Source: an uncultured delta proteobacterium (lineage in GTDB: Bacteria; Desulfobacterota; Binatia; UBA9968). From it: a stretch of 64,000 bases of DNA. Positions within the stretch are counted from its first letter, which is position 1. Every line of letters begins with the position of its first letter. This document shows positions 10,094 to 19,742 of this stretch, piece by piece. A model generated the notes under the pieces. It saw only the letters and a program-made list of their open reading frames with translations. It was not told the origin of the DNA and ran no database searches. The stretch spans positions 1-64,000 of the forward strand of contig CAVSLC010000020.1 in the NCBI GenBank assembly GCA_963728565.1, read 5' to 3'. Both the position numbers and the translations under genes were made by a program.

Positions 10094-10921
10094 CTAGTGC
10101 CGGTCCAGCCAATTCCGGATGATCCTGTTAGTCTCCTCCGGCTTGTGCCAGAAAAAACCGTGGCCACAGCCCTCCACCACCGCGAATTCGGCGTTGCGAA
10201 TGTTATCGCGCAGATGTTCCGAGGTGACGACATGGTTGCCGGTGTCGGCATCGGCTTTATCTTCGCCGCCCACTAGAACCAGAGTCGGCGTGGTAATCTT
10301 GTTCAGTAACTCACCGGTCTCATGCTGGTTGCGGGCGATGACATGGCGTAAATAGGGATCGAGCCGGGGTCGATTGTCCCAGAAACTTTTAAATAACGTT
10401 TCTAATACTTCCGGATGCGCTTTCACGAACTCCGGCGGAAAGAAAAAACGGCTCTTGAAGTGGCTCAACATGTGTTCCTTGTAGCCCTTCTCGACCATGC
10501 TCTTCAGACTATCGACCGTCAGCCAGCGCGGGTACTCGGGATTGCCCATCGAACCTGAGCCGGACGCCGCTTGAATCATGCTGCGCACCTTGCGCGGATA
10601 ATCGATGGCAAGCCACTGGCATACTCGCCCGCCCATCGAGTGACCGATGATATGAGCCGGCTCATTGATGCCAAGCGCTTCGAGCAAGTTAGCCGCATCT
10701 TGAGCAAACTGCCGCGTCGAGTAATATCCCGCAGGCGCATCCGACTTTCCCACTCCACGATGGTCATAGACGATTACCTGATAACGATCTATGAACGCCG
10801 GCACTTGGTTAAGCTTCCACGGCTCACCCGGCCAACCAGTGCCGGAGACGAAAAGGAACGGCACTCCACGGCCGAAGCTTTCATAATACAAACGAACCTC
10901 ACCTGCTTGGGCATACGGCAT
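10094..10921 (-). CDS. Alpha/beta hydrolase
   Basis: DHRGVGKSD, GHSMGG nucleophile elbow, CGHGF. Confidence 0.85.
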   Translation of the reverse strand: MPYAQAGEVRLYYESFGRGVPFLFVSGTGWPGEPWKLNQVPAFIDRYQVIVYDHRGVGKSDAPAGYYSTRQFAQDAANLLEALGINEPAHIIGHSMGGRVCQWLAIDYPRKVRSMIQAASGSGSMGNPEYPRWLTVDSLKSMVEKGYKEHMLSHFKSRFFFPPEFVKAHPEVLETLFKSFWDNRPRLDPYLRHVIARNQHETGELLNKITTPTLVLVGGEDKADADTGNHVVTSEHLRDNIRNAEFAVVEGCGHGFFWHKPEETNRIIRNWLDRH

Positions 10922-11247
10922 CTAGGATCTCCATTGCATACGACGTGTCATTGGATTATCCGAAGGTTTCCGATGATTCAAACGGTTTATGACAAACTCG
11001 ATAATCAACCCGTTCGGACAGCGGCTATTCTGCGCTTATGGGTCGGTTTGCACATCTATAGAATCGGCTGGAGTCTAGTATCGATATTGCTTTGAGCCGA
11101 GCGCACGTCTTAGGTGCGAGCCTCTCTTGACGAGGCAGCTCAGGTTGATGTGACCGACCCCGATCAGTTAATCTCCGGCAGAATAGCGTATTGGCTGAAA
11201 TACGCGTCCAGAGGCTAATGATATGCAAAGAAAAGAGGACATGTGAA

Positions 11248-12258
11248 ATGAAGACCTTGAGTGTCGTGATTGCATTACTGCTGGGCTTCGCTGAGTTGGC
11301 GGTTGCCCAAGATTCGTTCTTCAAAGGCAAAACCGTGCGCATCGTGGTGCCGTTCGCGGCCGGGGGCGGCTACGATATCTATTCCCGGATTATGGGCCGG
11401 CACATGAGTAAATACATTCCCGGCAACCCGGTTTTCGTGGTTGAAAACATGACCGGCGCCGGCGGCCTGATCGGCATGAATCACGTCTATAAAGCCGCCA
11501 AACCGGACGGCCTCACCATCGGCACGCCGATTGGCACTATGTTCGTCGATCAACTCATCGGCAAACCGGGCATAGAATTCGACGGCCGCAAGTTCGAGTA
11601 TATCGGCGCGCCGGCGCAGGACACGCAGCTGCTGATCGTGCACAAGCGCACCGGCATCAACAGCGTCGAACAATGGTTATCACACCCAACGCCGGTGAAA
11701 TTCGGCAGCACCGGTCCGGGATCAGCCAACGAATCGATTCCGAAGATTGTCAAAGAGGCGCTAAACCTGCCGCTACAAGTTGTTTCAGGCTATAAAGGCA
11801 GCTCGGTCATCCGTCTGGCATTTACCGGCGGCGAGGTCGACGGCGTCGCCAACGCCTGGGAATCAATGGTTTCGACCTGGCCCCAGGAGCTTGAGAGCGG
11901 CGATGCAGTCATCTTGTTGCAGGCCTCCGGAAAACGCCATCCGGATTTAACCAAAGTTCCATTGGTTATGGATTATGCAAAAACGGAGATGGCTAAAAAG
12001 CTGGTGCGCGGCGTCATCAACAATTTCGGCGCAACCGCACGGCCCTATGTAGTGACGCCGGGCACACCGAAAGCGCGCGTGGAAATATTGCGCAAAGCGT
12101 TTATGGATACCATGAAAGATCCGGACTTTGGGGCTGAGCTTAAAAAGGCGAAATTGGATCTGAATCCACTCGACGGGGCAACCTTGGAGAACAATATCAA
12201 AGAGCTGTTCGCATTGGATCAGGCGCTCATCCCTAAGTTGACAGAGATCCTAAAATAA
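11248..12258 (+). CDS. Bug/TctC substrate-binding protein
   Basis: PFAAGGGYD, VVENMTGAGG, KPDGLTI; close paralog of 7000..8034. Confidence 0.85.
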   Translation: MKTLSVVIALLLGFAELAVAQDSFFKGKTVRIVVPFAAGGGYDIYSRIMGRHMSKYIPGNPVFVVENMTGAGGLIGMNHVYKAAKPDGLTIGTPIGTMFVDQLIGKPGIEFDGRKFEYIGAPAQDTQLLIVHKRTGINSVEQWLSHPTPVKFGSTGPGSANESIPKIVKEALNLPLQVVSGYKGSSVIRLAFTGGEVDGVANAWESMVSTWPQELESGDAVILLQASGKRHPDLTKVPLVMDYAKTEMAKKLVRGVINNFGATARPYVVTPGTPKARVEILRKAFMDTMKDPDFGAELKKAKLDLNPLDGATLENNIKELFALDQALIPKLTEILK

Positions 12259-12313
12259 GAAAGGATCGACGTCGGGTTTGCATCATTTGGAGCCACAGTA
12301 GAAGGAGCCAACC

Positions 12314-13381
12314 ATGATTGTCGATGCTGATGCCCATGTGGTCGAGACCGAACACACCTGGGATTATCTCGATGCTTCCGAAAAGAAATTCCGGCCTCAA
12401 CTGTTTCAATCGGCCGACAATCCCAATGCGCAGTATTGGTTCGTCGAGGGCAAATCGATCGGCTTTCGCCCCCCGACCTTGACCGAACAAGAGCTGATCG
12501 CGCTTTCCAAGTCTACCGGCCGCGAACTAAAAACAGCCCCGGAGGCCCGTGAGCTCCGCGATGTCGAGCTACGCTTGAACCACATGGACAAGCTGGGCAT
12601 CGATGTTCAGATCCTGTTCAACACCATGTGGATTGCCCGGGTTGCCGACAAGGCTGAAGCAGAGATTGCACTTTGCAAATCCTGGAATCATTGGATGGCC
12701 GATGTCTGGAAGCAAGGCAAAAATCGTTTGCGCTGGTCGTGCGTCGTCCCGGCAATGACCATCAACGAGGCGATCCAGCAGATGCGCTTTGCTAAAGAGA
12801 ACGGCGCGGTTGCGGTGAGCCTGCGCCCTTTCGAAGACGATAGGCACCTCGTCGATCCCTACTTCTATCCGATCTACGAGGAAGCGACCCGTTTGAATTT
12901 TGCGGTCGCGGTTCACATCGCCAATGGGAGCCCGCAGCTCCTGGACCAGTTTAAACCGCGTTATGACAGAATGGGCGGCTTCGCGCAATTTCGTATCCCT
13001 ACGGTAATCACCTGTTTGTCTTTGATGATGAGCGAACTGCCGCAGCAATTTCCGAAACTGCGCTGGGCTTTCGTCGAAGCCTCGGCTCAATGGGTGCCGT
13101 GGGTTGTCAAGGAAGCGATCCGTCGGACCGGCACCAAAGGATTTCCCGACCTGCCTTTCAAGGAATTCCGGATCTACGTCACCACAGAAACAAATGATGA
13201 TTTCGATTTCGTGTTGCGCTACGCCGGCGAAGACAACCTCGTCATAGGCACCGATTACGGCCATACCGATGCGTCGAGCGAAGTGGACGCCCTCGATATT
13301 TTCCGGGCAAATGATTCACTGCCGGAGACGATCAAGAAGAAGATCCTAGACGATAATCCGCGCGCGCTATACACGTTGTAG
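12314..13381 (+). CDS. Amidohydrolase_2 family protein (possible decarboxylase/hydratase)
   Basis: DADAH, AVAVH, FVEASAQW, GTDYGH. Confidence 0.8.
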   Translation: MIVDADAHVVETEHTWDYLDASEKKFRPQLFQSADNPNAQYWFVEGKSIGFRPPTLTEQELIALSKSTGRELKTAPEARELRDVELRLNHMDKLGIDVQILFNTMWIARVADKAEAEIALCKSWNHWMADVWKQGKNRLRWSCVVPAMTINEAIQQMRFAKENGAVAVSLRPFEDDRHLVDPYFYPIYEEATRLNFAVAVHIANGSPQLLDQFKPRYDRMGGFAQFRIPTVITCLSLMMSELPQQFPKLRWAFVEASAQWVPWVVKEAIRRTGTKGFPDLPFKEFRIYVTTETNDDFDFVLRYAGEDNLVIGTDYGHTDASSEVDALDIFRANDSLPETIKKKILDDNPRALYTL

Positions 13382-13429
13382 ATCTTTCGAAGCGTCCGCA
13401 GCGGCCATCGCGATTAACCACACCGATCG

Positions 13430-14800
13430 ATGCCCAAGGATCTACGCAGCTTTATCGCTGAACTAGACGCTACTTCACCCGAAGATGTAGCGCGGGTTAC
13501 CAAACCGGTCTCGCCGCGCTATGAGATGTCCGCGATTCTCACCCATCTGGAAAAGCGCAAACGCTTTCCACTGCTGTTTTTTAAAAATCCCAATAATGGA
13601 CAGGCGCCGGTTGTGATCAACGCTCAGGCTAGCCGCCGGCTCATGTCCATCGCCTTAGAATGTAAGCCGGAAGACTTAGCGCGCGCATTTAGCGAGCGAC
13701 AATCAAAACCTTTAGCGCCGGTGGAGATGATCAACGCGCCGGTGCACGAAATCTCCAGAACCGGCGATGAAATCGATTTAAACGAAGTGCCGCTGCTGAC
13801 CCACTATGACGTCAATGTCGCTCCTTACATCACCGCCGGTATCGTCGTGGCAGTCGATCCGGATACGGGAGTGCGCAATACGAGCTATAACCGGCTAATG
13901 ATGGCAGGCAAACGCGAGCTGAGAATCTTCATGGCCGTCGGCAGGCATCTGTGGACGCTGCACAACAAGCTTGAGCGCCGCAACCAACCGCTGCCCATCG
14001 CCATCATCATCGGTGTTCACCCTCTTTTTTCTCTGGGAGCACAAGCGCTCACGCCAGCGGATGAAGACGAGTACGCCGTCATCGGCGGCATGATGAACGA
14101 ACCGCTTCGTCTCGTACGAGCGAAAACGGTTCCGATTCTCGTGCCCGCGGATGCTGAGATGATTATAGAAGGCCAGATCATGCCGAACCTGCGTCGTCTC
14201 GAGGGACCATTTGGCGAGTTTACCGGTCATGCCGTGCCGCAGGACCAACGGCAAGTCATTGAAGTCACCGCTATTACCCACCGCGAGAATTACATTTTTC
14301 AGGACATTCATGCCGGGTATACCGAGCATAAATTGATGGGCGCGGTGCCGCGCGAAGCGGCTCTGTTGAAAGCGGTTCGCCTGACGGTTCCTACAGTCAC
14401 GAATGTGTGCATGCCGGTGTCGGGTAATTGCCGCTTTCACGCGTACATTTCGATCGCTAAACGAACGCCGGGTCAAGCCAAAAACGCCATATGCGCGGCC
14501 TTCGCCGCCGATATGCTGCTTAAACACGTGGTGGTGGTCGATGACGACATCGACGTCTTCGATGAGGAACGGGTTCTGTGGGCAATCTCCAATCGCTTTC
14601 AGGCGGATCGCGGGCTGGTGGTCATTGCAAATGCCCAGGGGAGCGAACTTGATCCCTCCGCTAGCCCCGGAGGTGTTAACGCCAAGATGGGTCTGGACGC
14701 AACCAAACCGCTTACTGGATTTCCGCCGGAACTCAGAGTGCCGGAAGAAGTTTTAGAAAAGATCAGCCTCGACGACTTCCTTCCTGATTTCGCAAAATGA
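13430..14800 (+). CDS. UbiD-family decarboxylase
   Basis: DLRSF, NTSYNR, EGPFGEFTGH, VVVDDDIDVF, KMGLDAT. Confidence 0.9.
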   Translation: MPKDLRSFIAELDATSPEDVARVTKPVSPRYEMSAILTHLEKRKRFPLLFFKNPNNGQAPVVINAQASRRLMSIALECKPEDLARAFSERQSKPLAPVEMINAPVHEISRTGDEIDLNEVPLLTHYDVNVAPYITAGIVVAVDPDTGVRNTSYNRLMMAGKRELRIFMAVGRHLWTLHNKLERRNQPLPIAIIIGVHPLFSLGAQALTPADEDEYAVIGGMMNEPLRLVRAKTVPILVPADAEMIIEGQIMPNLRRLEGPFGEFTGHAVPQDQRQVIEVTAITHRENYIFQDIHAGYTEHKLMGAVPREAALLKAVRLTVPTVTNVCMPVSGNCRFHAYISIAKRTPGQAKNAICAAFAADMLLKHVVVVDDDIDVFDEERVLWAISNRFQADRGLVVIANAQGSELDPSASPGGVNAKMGLDATKPLTGFPPELRVPEEVLEKISLDDFLPDFAK

Positions 14801-14910
14801 TGACTCCGCGATTGCTCTGTAGCTCATGAACTAACCCCGATTCGGCTGGGCTGAGATTTGATTTACCGCCTGCTATCCGTACGCCCTTCTACCCTCGCAG
14901 GCGCTGGCAT

Positions 14911-14940
14911 TTGACAGGGCGATTCATCATCGGCTAACCT
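14911..14940 (+). promoter_or_regulatory. Putative sigma70 promoter of the amidase/actin operon
   Basis: TTGACA (14911-14916), 18 nt spacer, TAACCT (14935-14940). Confidence 0.45.
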
Positions 14941-14991
14941 TGCACATCTTCGATCCTTTCTTTGAATGATCAGTCAATCTACCTCAGTCGA

Positions 14992-16002
14992 ATGGCCAGC
15001 ATAGAGCAGGACAAACTACGCCTCCTCAGGGGCGCAGTCCAAGACAACGTTGACCTGCTGCGCGGAATCCGAACCCATACCCGGAGGCGGCATCGAAAAA
15101 TCGAAGGACCCTGGATATGGAGTCCGTTTTTACTAGCCGTTCTCGCAATTCTCTGGCAGACTTCGCCGGTCATCTCGACCAGGCCCGCGGCTCCACCACA
15201 GGATCCCACAGCCGACACCAAACAGGTTCAAGCGATGGCGCAATTCGCTGCGCCGGAAGTTCAAATACCGGCACTCACGCCGCATCCGCTCGACCGCGCG
15301 GTTATTCCGCTCGAGATTAAGAGAATCGTCATCGATGCCGGTCACGGCGGCAAGCAGCCGGGGGCGATATCCGAATCCGGCATCTCCGAGAAGGACATCA
15401 CCTTGGACATTGCGCTCCGTGTGCACCGCCTCCTTGACAAGGCGCCATTCGAAGTCTTGATGACGCGGCAAGATGACCAAACCATGACGCTGGAGAAAAG
15501 AGTCGCGTTCGCTAACTCGAACCGAGCGGATCTTTTTATTTCAATCCATATCAACTGGACCGAACCGCGCGGGATTCGTCCGTTGGAAACCTACTTCGTC
15601 GGTCCCAGTGATGACCCGGCAACGAATAAATTGGCGAGCATGGAAAACCAGGAATCCGGCTATTCATTATCGGAGTATCGACGGGTGTTGGAAAAAATCT
15701 ATATCGATACGCGACGCGATGAATCTCGCAGTCTGGCCAAGAACATCCATGCAGAATTGTACCAAGCCCTCAAAGCAGTGAATCCGACGCTGGACAATCG
15801 GGGTGTTAGAACGGCGCCGTTTTTAGTTCTCGTCGGCACGCAAATGCCGGCGATACTCCTCGAAGTTTCAACCCTGTCAAACGAAGAAGAAGTAGAGTTG
15901 TTGATAGACCCCGATTACCGGGAAAAAATCGCGCTGGCGGTATCCAGAGGAATTGGCAGCTACGCGCGCAATCGTAATAGGTCAGCTGAGAAAGGTAGCT
16001 AA
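14992..16002 (+). CDS. Membrane-anchored N-acetylmuramoyl-L-alanine amidase (Amidase_3)
   Basis: IVIDAGHGG, EKDITL, LMTR, ADLFISIHIN, PAILLEV; basic N-terminus, one hydrophobic helix and Pro-rich linker; alternative start 14962. Confidence 0.88.
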   Translation: MASIEQDKLRLLRGAVQDNVDLLRGIRTHTRRRHRKIEGPWIWSPFLLAVLAILWQTSPVISTRPAAPPQDPTADTKQVQAMAQFAAPEVQIPALTPHPLDRAVIPLEIKRIVIDAGHGGKQPGAISESGISEKDITLDIALRVHRLLDKAPFEVLMTRQDDQTMTLEKRVAFANSNRADLFISIHINWTEPRGIRPLETYFVGPSDDPATNKLASMENQESGYSLSEYRRVLEKIYIDTRRDESRSLAKNIHAELYQALKAVNPTLDNRGVRTAPFLVLVGTQMPAILLEVSTLSNEEEVELLIDPDYREKIALAVSRGIGSYARNRNRSAEKGS

Positions 16003-16008
16003 ACAACA

Positions 16009-17040
16009 ATGGAAGAAACAAATGATACACTTTGTGTCGGTATCGACCTCGGCACCTCGCGGAGCTCCATTTCGGCATCCAATGGCGAGCGCCACGTAAT
16101 CGACAGTTATGTCGGTTGGCCGGTCGATATGGTCGCGCGCAAGCTGATTCAAAAACCGCTGCTTGTCGGTCGGGAAGCATTGGATAGTCGTTCGATGCTG
16201 GATCTTCGCCGCCCCATGGAGCGCGGGTTGATCAAGGATGGATCAAAAAAAGACGAAGAAGCCGTCCAGGAGATCCTGCGGCATTTGATCACGCAGACCG
16301 GCTTGAAACAGAAGAATAAGACACGGGCGAAGGTTCGCGCCGTGGTCGGCGTGCCGGCGGAGGCTTTCAGGAATAGCAAACAGCGCTTGCGCAGCGCCAT
16401 GGAGGGGGTGGCCGACAGCGTCATGTTGGTGTCAGAACCCTTCGCTGTAGCTTACGGATTGGAGGCTTTACTGCACGCCCTTATTATCGATATCGGCGCG
16501 GGAACGGCTGACTTTTGCGTGATGCAAGGGCGTTATCCGACCGAGGAAGACCAAAGAACCTTACCCAATGCCGGCGACTCGATTGACGAACAATTGCTGA
16601 AATTAGTGCGCGAGCATCATCCCGAAGCGCAAACTTCGATTCATATGATTCGTGAATGGAAGGAGAAATGGAGCTTTGTCGGTGAGGCGAAACAACCGGT
16701 TTTAGTTTCTGTTCCGGTCAAGGGGAAGGCCACCGAATTGGATATCACCGCGGAGATGCGCGCGGCCTGCGAAAGCATCTTAGCGCCCGTTTGTGAAACC
16801 ATGTTGGACCTGCTCACCAGAGTCGAGCCCGAATACCAAGCGACGGTTCGCAATAACGTTATTCTCGCCGGCGGCACTTCGCTCATCGTTGGACTGAGCC
16901 ATGCAATTGAGAACGCGTTGGCCGAGCTCGGTGGCGGCCACGCCACGGTTGTTAAGGATCCGGTTTTCGCAGGTTCGGATGGCGGCTTGGCGATCGCCCG
17001 GGATGCATCGAGCTCGGATTGGGAAAAGTTGTCACTATAG
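16009..17040 (+). CDS. MamK-like bacterial actin
   Basis: GIDLGTS phosphate-1, VSEPFAVAYG, DIGAGTAD phosphate-2, PEYQATVRNNVILAGG adenosine motif, VKDPVFAG; these match MamK-type rather than MreB-type signatures. Confidence 0.8.
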   Translation: MEETNDTLCVGIDLGTSRSSISASNGERHVIDSYVGWPVDMVARKLIQKPLLVGREALDSRSMLDLRRPMERGLIKDGSKKDEEAVQEILRHLITQTGLKQKNKTRAKVRAVVGVPAEAFRNSKQRLRSAMEGVADSVMLVSEPFAVAYGLEALLHALIIDIGAGTADFCVMQGRYPTEEDQRTLPNAGDSIDEQLLKLVREHHPEAQTSIHMIREWKEKWSFVGEAKQPVLVSVPVKGKATELDITAEMRAACESILAPVCETMLDLLTRVEPEYQATVRNNVILAGGTSLIVGLSHAIENALAELGGGHATVVKDPVFAGSDGGLAIARDASSSDWEKLSL

Positions 17041-17179
17041 ATAGTCCCGCCAGCTCCGATGCCGGCTCTTGAATGCATCACTTGCCGATTAAACACCTGA
17101 TGGAACGTCAGTGATGACTGCTCTTTAGGTTCTTCTCGAACCTCGCCGTTTTCTAGCAGGAGTGCTGAAAGCGAAAAAG

Positions 17180-17927
17180 CTAATCGCGAATTGCCAGCGC
17201 GCCACCGTCGACAGGCAGGTCGATGGCGTAGATGAACTCGGACTCATCTGAGGCAAGAAACACTACGGCTTTGGCGATATCCATCGGAACTCCGCGCCGG
17301 CCAGCCAAGTTTTTGACGAAGCGATTTTCCGGAACTTCTTCCTGACCAACAGGCGAGCCGATTCGATTCGGCGATACCGAATTTACGCGAATGCCTTCCG
17401 GCGCCAATTGCACCGCGATCGATCGGGTGAGATTAAGCACACCCGCTTTGGCGGTGGTGTAGGCCGTCGCTTCCTTACGTCCCCAATGGCCTGAGGTCGA
17501 AGCGATGTTGATGATCTTGCCTTTGCGCTTGTGATCGATCATGACCTTGGCAGCCGATCGCGTACAGTACCACACGCTCCTGAGGCACACGTTCATGACA
17601 CGGTCCCACTCTTCTTCGGTAATATCGAACAAGGTCTTGTGATCGGTCCAAGCGGCGTTGTTGACCAAGATGTCGATACGCGCCAAATTGCTTCACTACC
17701 GTCTGAACCATTTGATCTACCGAATCAGCCGATGCGACATCGCATACGACCGAGATAGCCGACCCTGGCTTGGTCGCATTGATTTCACTAGCCACACGGC
17801 TGCCTCTTCCCTGATCGAGATCGACTACCGCCACCTTGGCGCCTTCATGAGCAAAAAGCTTGGAGACGTCTTCACCGATATTGCGCCCTGCGCCGGTAAC
17901 CACCGCAACTTGATTCTGCAGTCTCAT
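17180..17927 (-). CDS. SDR-family oxidoreductase, frameshifted near 17680
   Basis: TGAGRNIG in the upstream frame; LVNNA, YTTAK and RVNSVSP in the downstream frame. Confidence 0.85.
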
Positions 17928-18030
17928 GGTTTCCTCCATAATCAATTTCTGCTGAATAACAGAACCTAGACTAAAGGTCCAGCTACGGGAGGGACTACCG
18001 ACCAAAGAAGAGCCAAGCGAGGGCATCGGG

Positions 18031-19053
18031 TTAAAGACTGACTTTCTCGACGTAGAGATCTTTTAAAAACTTGCTATTTTTGAGCTCCTCAAGGAAGCGC
18101 GGTTCGATGACGTCGTTCGGCTTTATCGATCCAGTACGCTTATCGACAACGGCGCCGACATCAACCAGCGCTTGAAGCGACTCGGAATTGAGCTCCGGGA
18201 GCGGTCGAAGCTGGGAAGAGAAACTATCGTACATCGCCTGAACAGATCCCGCCTGGGTATCCGGAAAATACTTCTTGATGATTGCCAGGCTCTCCTCACG
18301 ACGGGTCACCAGGTGATTAATCGCCGCGGCATAGCCCTTCATAAAGCGCCGGATCGTTTCCTCGTCTTTCTTGATGAAGGAGCGGGTCGTTACCAGCAAA
18401 TCTGTCACCACAGGCACCGCCTTTACTTCAAGGGTCTTGATGCCTAACTTTTTCGCTTCTGCGGCAAGTTCTTCGCTCAACGGCGCGCCTTGCACAAGGT
18501 TCTTGGAAATTGCCAAAGCTCGCGCAGGCGCGAGCCCGCCGGCGACGATTTCAACATCTTTTACCGGGTCCAGGCCGGCGCGCCTAAGAATCACCCGTGC
18601 AATCAGGTCCGATCTCGAACCTAGCGCAGAAACAGCAACCTTCTTACCCTTCAGATCCTTAACCGAACCGATGGATGACGCGACTCCCATCCCATAGTGG
18701 TCCAGTCTCACGTGAGAACCGATTACGGTAATATCGGCGCCGTTAGCCATCGGTTGAAGAATCGCCAATGGACTGCCGGAGCCTATCAGAAGGTCAACCC
18801 CCAGGAGCGCCTGTATTCCGGCAGACATGTTGTCCCTGATTGGAATTTCCTCGACCTCGATATCATATTTTTTGAAGAGCCCGGCATCCACCCCGACATA
18901 AGCAACGGCAGTCCCCAATTCCCATCCGGCATAGGCAAGGCGAATTTTCTTGGCGCCATCAGCGGCAAAAGCAAGGCCCGTCAGAGTAGTGACAGACCAA
19001 AAGACCACAACGAAACCCAACGCTTGTAAATTGAAAGACTTTCGCTTGCTCAT
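18031..19053 (-). CDS. ABC transporter substrate-binding protein, SsuA/NMT1 family
   Basis: Signal peptide, GLFKKYDIEVE, DLKGKKVAVS, GLDPVKDV. Confidence 0.75.
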   Translation of the reverse strand: MSKRKSFNLQALGFVVVFWSVTTLTGLAFAADGAKKIRLAYAGWELGTAVAYVGVDAGLFKKYDIEVEEIPIRDNMSAGIQALLGVDLLIGSGSPLAILQPMANGADITVIGSHVRLDHYGMGVASSIGSVKDLKGKKVAVSALGSRSDLIARVILRRAGLDPVKDVEIVAGGLAPARALAISKNLVQGAPLSEELAAEAKKLGIKTLEVKAVPVVTDLLVTTRSFIKKDEETIRRFMKGYAAAINHLVTRREESLAIIKKYFPDTQAGSVQAMYDSFSSQLRPLPELNSESLQALVDVGAVVDKRTGSIKPNDVIEPRFLEELKNSKFLKDLYVEKVSL

Positions 19054-19194
19054 GTTTTGACTATAGCTCACCGTTCCAGCGCTTCCAAGTGGAACGTAAC
19101 GGCCGCGCGTTCGGCTCTCCAAGCAATTGATGCCTCGATTTCAATTGATATCAGCTGATATCAGCCTAAGCCCATAGCGGTCTTGGAGGCGCCA

Positions 19195-19617
19195 ATGAGA
19201 TTTCTCCACACGAGGATTCGAGTTGATAATTTAGATGACCCGAAGGTTCTCCTGTGATCGCTTAGGTATGAAGCTGATTCGACAAAGAGATTGCCCGCCC
19301 GGCAGGTTCACCCTCGCTTTCGTGAGGTTCGGTGGTAAGGCACAAAAAACGGTGATCGAATTGACATACCATTGGGAGATTCATCAGTATGATCTCGGTA
19401 AGACCTTCGGACATCTGGCGCTGGGAGGAATGGAAGACATCTATAGAACCTGAGAACCTGCGATGCCCCACGGAGAAAAGGCGCAAGTATTGTTCGCGAA
19501 CCTGGTCCGATGAAGCATGGCGGAACCGAGATTGCGTTCATCGAAGATCTCAATGGATATAACATCGAGCTGATTGACCTCAGCCGGCGCGGGCAAGCCC
19601 AACCGGCGATGCGCTAA
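19195..19617 (+). pseudogene. gloA: Lactoylglutathione lyase (glyoxalase I) pseudogene
   Basis: MRFLHTRIRV..., LGMKLIR, FTLAFV, IELTYHW, FGHLAL, REPGPMKHG, IAFIEDLNGYNIELI spread over different frames with an in-frame TGA at 19451-19453. Confidence 0.7.
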
Positions 19618-19742
19618 GCAAAAGTGCGAGTCGGAGAGCTAGATTAATGCGGCGAGCAAGATTGCAACGGCGTTAGATTTAATTTACGATCATGTGATTT
19701 TCACTCCCAGTTAAACTCGCTACATCTAGGAGGATTGATGTC

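Noticed and set aside
16009-17040. Canonical mreB or plasmid parM
   Set aside because: Motifs differ from MreB; no mreC/mreD/pbp2/rodA, no ParR-like gene and no centromere repeats are adjacent.
17969-17980. GACTAAAGGT upstream of the SDR gene as a member of the GACTWWAGTC regulon
   Set aside because: Single imperfect match without the associated promoter architecture; could be chance.
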